A DNA stretch of 64,000 bases, taken from the human T2T-CHM13v2.0 reference genome, Homo sapiens. Shown here one piece after another: positions 60,660 to 64,000 of this stretch (positions within the stretch are counted from its first letter, which is position 1; every line of letters begins with the position of its first letter). The stretch lies in the NCBI RefSeq assembly GCF_009914755.1, contig NC_060935.1. One strand, 5' to 3'. The notes under the pieces are model-generated. The model was not told the origin of the DNA and did not search any database. It worked only from the letters and a program-made list of their open reading frames with translations. The position numbers were made by a program, and so were the translations under genes.

Positions 60660-61140
60660 CATTCATGTTCTACTGAGAGCAACAGGTAACAAGCTGATGA
60701 TTGTTAAGCAGTGCAGGAAATGAATAAGGGAGTACTTTAGGAAGAGAGAGAAGAGACACTAAATCCAATCTAGCGCTAGATAGACTACAGGGAAGATTCG
60801 TAGAAAGGGGTTGTTTGAAGGGAGTCTTGAAAATGAGTGTGAGGAAGACAGGAGCTATAGTGAATAGCAGGCTAGAAGGGAGGTGGAGGTGTGGGGTACA
60901 GAATGAACAGTCATTAAGGAGGCACACAGAAAAGGCAAACGTCAAGTGTTTCTTTGTTGCTGGGGCATAAAGTGTGATGGAGGCAGTGATGGGACATCTG
61001 TCTGAAGAGATAAGGGATGACCTGGTGGTGGAGGACCTTATGTCTTGTTAAGCACCTTGGACTTCCACCTCTAGGAGACAAGAACCTGTTGAAAGGCCCA
61101 GCAGGAAAGTTTCTTCTTAGATCTGCATTTTAGATTAAAT
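60660..61140 (-). mobile_element. L2 fragment
   Basis: GAGTCTTGAAAATGAGTG..GGACCTTATGTCTTGTTAAG..AGATCTGCATTTTAGA. Confidence 0.7.
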
Positions 61141-61489
61141 ACTAATAGAAGAGTAATACTACTACTACTAATTCTGTTTGTATGACAGTGTTATTTTCAG
61201 AGTTTAGATCCCTAGCTAGCTGCCTCTGAAGATAAATTAATCCCTTTAGTTGTCTTCTTATTTAGCTAGGACCTTACTGCACATTCTAGTCTATCCTAAG
61301 CTACCTTAAACCCAAACATACCTTGCTTCCTGAATGTAAGTTACCATGACCTCCTTTGAACACATATCTTTGTAGTCCCCAAATGCACTCTTTTTACTTA
61401 CGTCTGAGAGCTAGAGGGGAAAAAGCAGTCATCCAAGCTCATTTTCATAGATTATCTCACTAAAAAGCACAAAACATGAAGTGTCCATT

Positions 61490-61600
61490 AACCATTAATA
61501 TTATTATTATTGTTTTACAGATGAGGAAAAGAAGCACAAATACCAAAGGGGCAGAGCTGGGATTTAAACCCAGGGCTGCCTGTCTTACAGACTGAGCTCC
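61490..61600 (-). mobile_element. MIR
   Basis: TTTTACAGATGAGGAAA..GGCAGAGCTGGGATTTAAACCCAGG. Confidence 0.75.
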
Positions 61601-62900
61601 CACACACTCAGCAACACAGATGGCTAATACTGAGTCATTTTCAGCTCTAGCTTTAAACAGTAATACTGAAATTGACTGAACCAAGATCGTGGATTTCTCT
61701 GCCAATTCTATGATAGATTTTTATCATTTTAATTATTAATAAAACAGCTTTAGATTGTTGTCTTGCTGTACAGCTTTGAAGCACATACATCCCTCTCTCC
61801 TCTCTCCCTGAATGAAGGTATATTGCCAGAGTCTAAGAATCATTATATGCTCTATAAAAGCTGAACAGCTAACCCTCACGAAAAGTTGCCATTTTAGAAA
61901 TTCCTGTTATCAACCTGAGTGACAGCATTCACCAAGAAATCAGATGCAGTGCCTAGAAGGTAGAATGTGCATGAAAGATGTTTCTCATGCCATTTCCAAA
62001 CTTTTCTCCTTACAGCTGAGACGGTAAGATAAATACATATTTCCTCTCTTAAGCCAGTTAACTGTAATTGGGTATAGAATCTTCCGCCAATGAGAAGAGC
62101 TTTGTGCTGCCTAAAAGTCAAGGCCTAGTATGCTCGAAAAGTACCTTCTGAATCTGAAATCACATAAACAGCTTTTCTAAAGTAGAAGAGCAAAGTGTGA
62201 CAGGACTGGAGGGTTTGGTTATTCTGTATCTTTGTGATTCATAAAGACAGAGGCAGTAGCTGTGGAGATGGAATTATCTGGTCCTCAGCTACCCAGAGAG
62301 AGGCCACAGTGAAGAAAGGCAAACTCTGTCTTCATAGCCAATCCCTCTGCTAGCACTGCAGGCAAAAATAATAGCTCATAGGAAACACAGACATGCATTC
62401 CTATGAAAAGACACAAATTCAGTGTCTTCTATTAGGTATAAGAGGGAGACAAAGCAACCAAAACCAAAAATAAAAATACATTCTATCTAAATAGACATGT
62501 TTAATTGCCCTCAGGACTACCAGATTTGCCCTAACCATGTTTTAGTCTGCGGAGCTTCCCGTTGATGTTGGAACAGTTTCTTTGATTTTTTGTTTTAACC
62601 TTAGTTCTTCTTTTAATTACTCAATTCATTTACTTTTCTAACGAGAAATTAGTTTGAGTTGGAGTCAGTTCTAGTTGTTATTGATTGTAACTCGACATCA
62701 TAAAAGCTAAATGGTCTTGAGGGTTTGCTTATGCTTGTAGTAAATTTTCTCTTTTCTCTATCTGTACAGTGGGGATGATGCCGTTCTCCTAAATCATGGG
62801 GATTGTGTGCAGGTGTGATAAGACTGAAAACTGTACAATTCAGTGCCTGACATAGATCACATTTAATCAGTCTAGGGAATGTTAAGAATTGCCAATTGTA

Positions 62901-63127
62901 CAGTCCGGGCAACATAGCAAGACTCTGTTTTTACCAAAAAATAAAAATAAAAATAAAATAACTGAGCCAGGTGTGGTGGCCTAAACCCTTGGCCCTAACT
63001 ACTGGAGAGGCTGAGGTGGGAGGATCATTTGAGCCCAGGGGTTTGAGGCTGCAGTAAACTATTATCCTGCCACTGCTCTCCAGCCTGCTTGATAAAACGA
63101 TACTCTGTTTTGTTGTTGTTGTTGTTA
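62901..63127 (+). mobile_element. AluJ, 5'-truncated, with (GTT)n in place of an A tail
   Basis: GGGCAACATAGCAAGAC..GAGGATCATTTGAGCCCAGG; 17-bp TSD AAGAATTGC(C/T)AATTGTA at 62884 and 63128. Confidence 0.9.
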
Positions 63128-63187
63128 AAGAATTGCTAATTGTATTCTTAAAATTATAACTACTTGGTGGTTAGGGTATATTTTTTC

Positions 63188-63678
63188 CAAAGGGTGTCAA
63201 ACATTTTTCTGTCAAGACTCCTTTACATCTATAGATTATTTCAGACCACAAATAGCTTTTTATTTTTAATGTGGGTAGGTTATATCTATCAATGTTTACC
63301 ATATCAGAAACTAAAACTGATTTTTAAGGTAATTATTTCATTTAAAATTTGCAATATTATACCCTTTAGATATTGACATACTTTATTTTTATGAAAAATA
63401 ATATTGTTTAAAGCAAAAAATATTTAGTGAGGAGAGTAGCACTGTATATTTCTATAAATCTTTTTAGTGGCTTGTCTAATGGAAGGCAATTTGTTCTCAT
63501 ATCTTCTTCTGCATTGGGAAGAATGGCTTTCATTGTTTTACTATATGTATTTTTTAATAGGGGGAATTAAAGTATATGAAAAAGTCTGGCTGCACATAGA
63601 TATGTAGTTAGAAAAACATAGGATTTCCTTGACCCTATGAAGAGTCCTTGTGATCCTCGAGACTGTAATTGAACAATC
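63188..63678 (-). mobile_element. Charlie4a-like hAT DNA transposon
   Basis: GTTATATCTATCAATGTTTACCATATCAGAAA, TTTAGTGAGGAGAGTAGCA, CTCATATCTTCTTCTGCATT, CACATAGATATGTAGTT. Confidence 0.65.
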
Positions 63679-64000
63679 TTTATTCAAAGCACAAATTTCC
63701 TCTACCATCCTTCCCTCATTATCTTGTTGATAGCCCCCAAAGAACAGAGTATTAATCCAAGGAGGAGACAGCAGGTAGCTGGTTATGCCTTTGCTGTGGG
63801 TGAAAGGATCAGACACCTGGGCATTTCTCTGTTTCCTACCCATATGACAGACGTGGTAGGCTGGCTCTCTGTGTCATCTGTTTATCAATTTATATATGGC
63901 CAGGGCTGGTTCCATTTTCTCCCTTAGTTTGTATTTTGAACCTTTACAAACGCTGAAGACATCTCATTCTCAGCTTTGGAATAGAGATAAACCATATATA

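Overview
Primate, very probably human, non-coding genomic DNA: AT-rich, CpG-depleted and dense in interspersed repeats. It contains 17 Alu copies or fragments (J, S, Y and one very young Ya-lineage copy), two L1PA 3' ends (one 5'-inverted), older L1M, L2, MIR and CR1 fragments, and LTRs (MER11, THE1, MLT1, MLT2, LTR47-like). It also holds an LTR-internal-LTR MaLR remnant and DNA transposon fossils (MER113, Tigger3a, MER94, Arthur1, Charlie). I found no protein-coding exon, RNA gene, CpG island or CRISPR-like array. The listed ORFs are Alu or L1 derived, or chance. Several repeat-free, homeobox-motif-rich blocks look like developmental enhancers, so this may be a large intron or gene desert, but I cannot identify the locus. 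I see no evidence of a novel biological system. The best leads concern retrotransposon mechanism: a near-identical tract shared by two inverted L1PA copies, a twin-primed L1, a young left-arm-deleted AluYa, and a MER11 LTR lacking its poly(A) signal. Family names come from recalled consensus sequences, and boundaries of old repeats are approximate.
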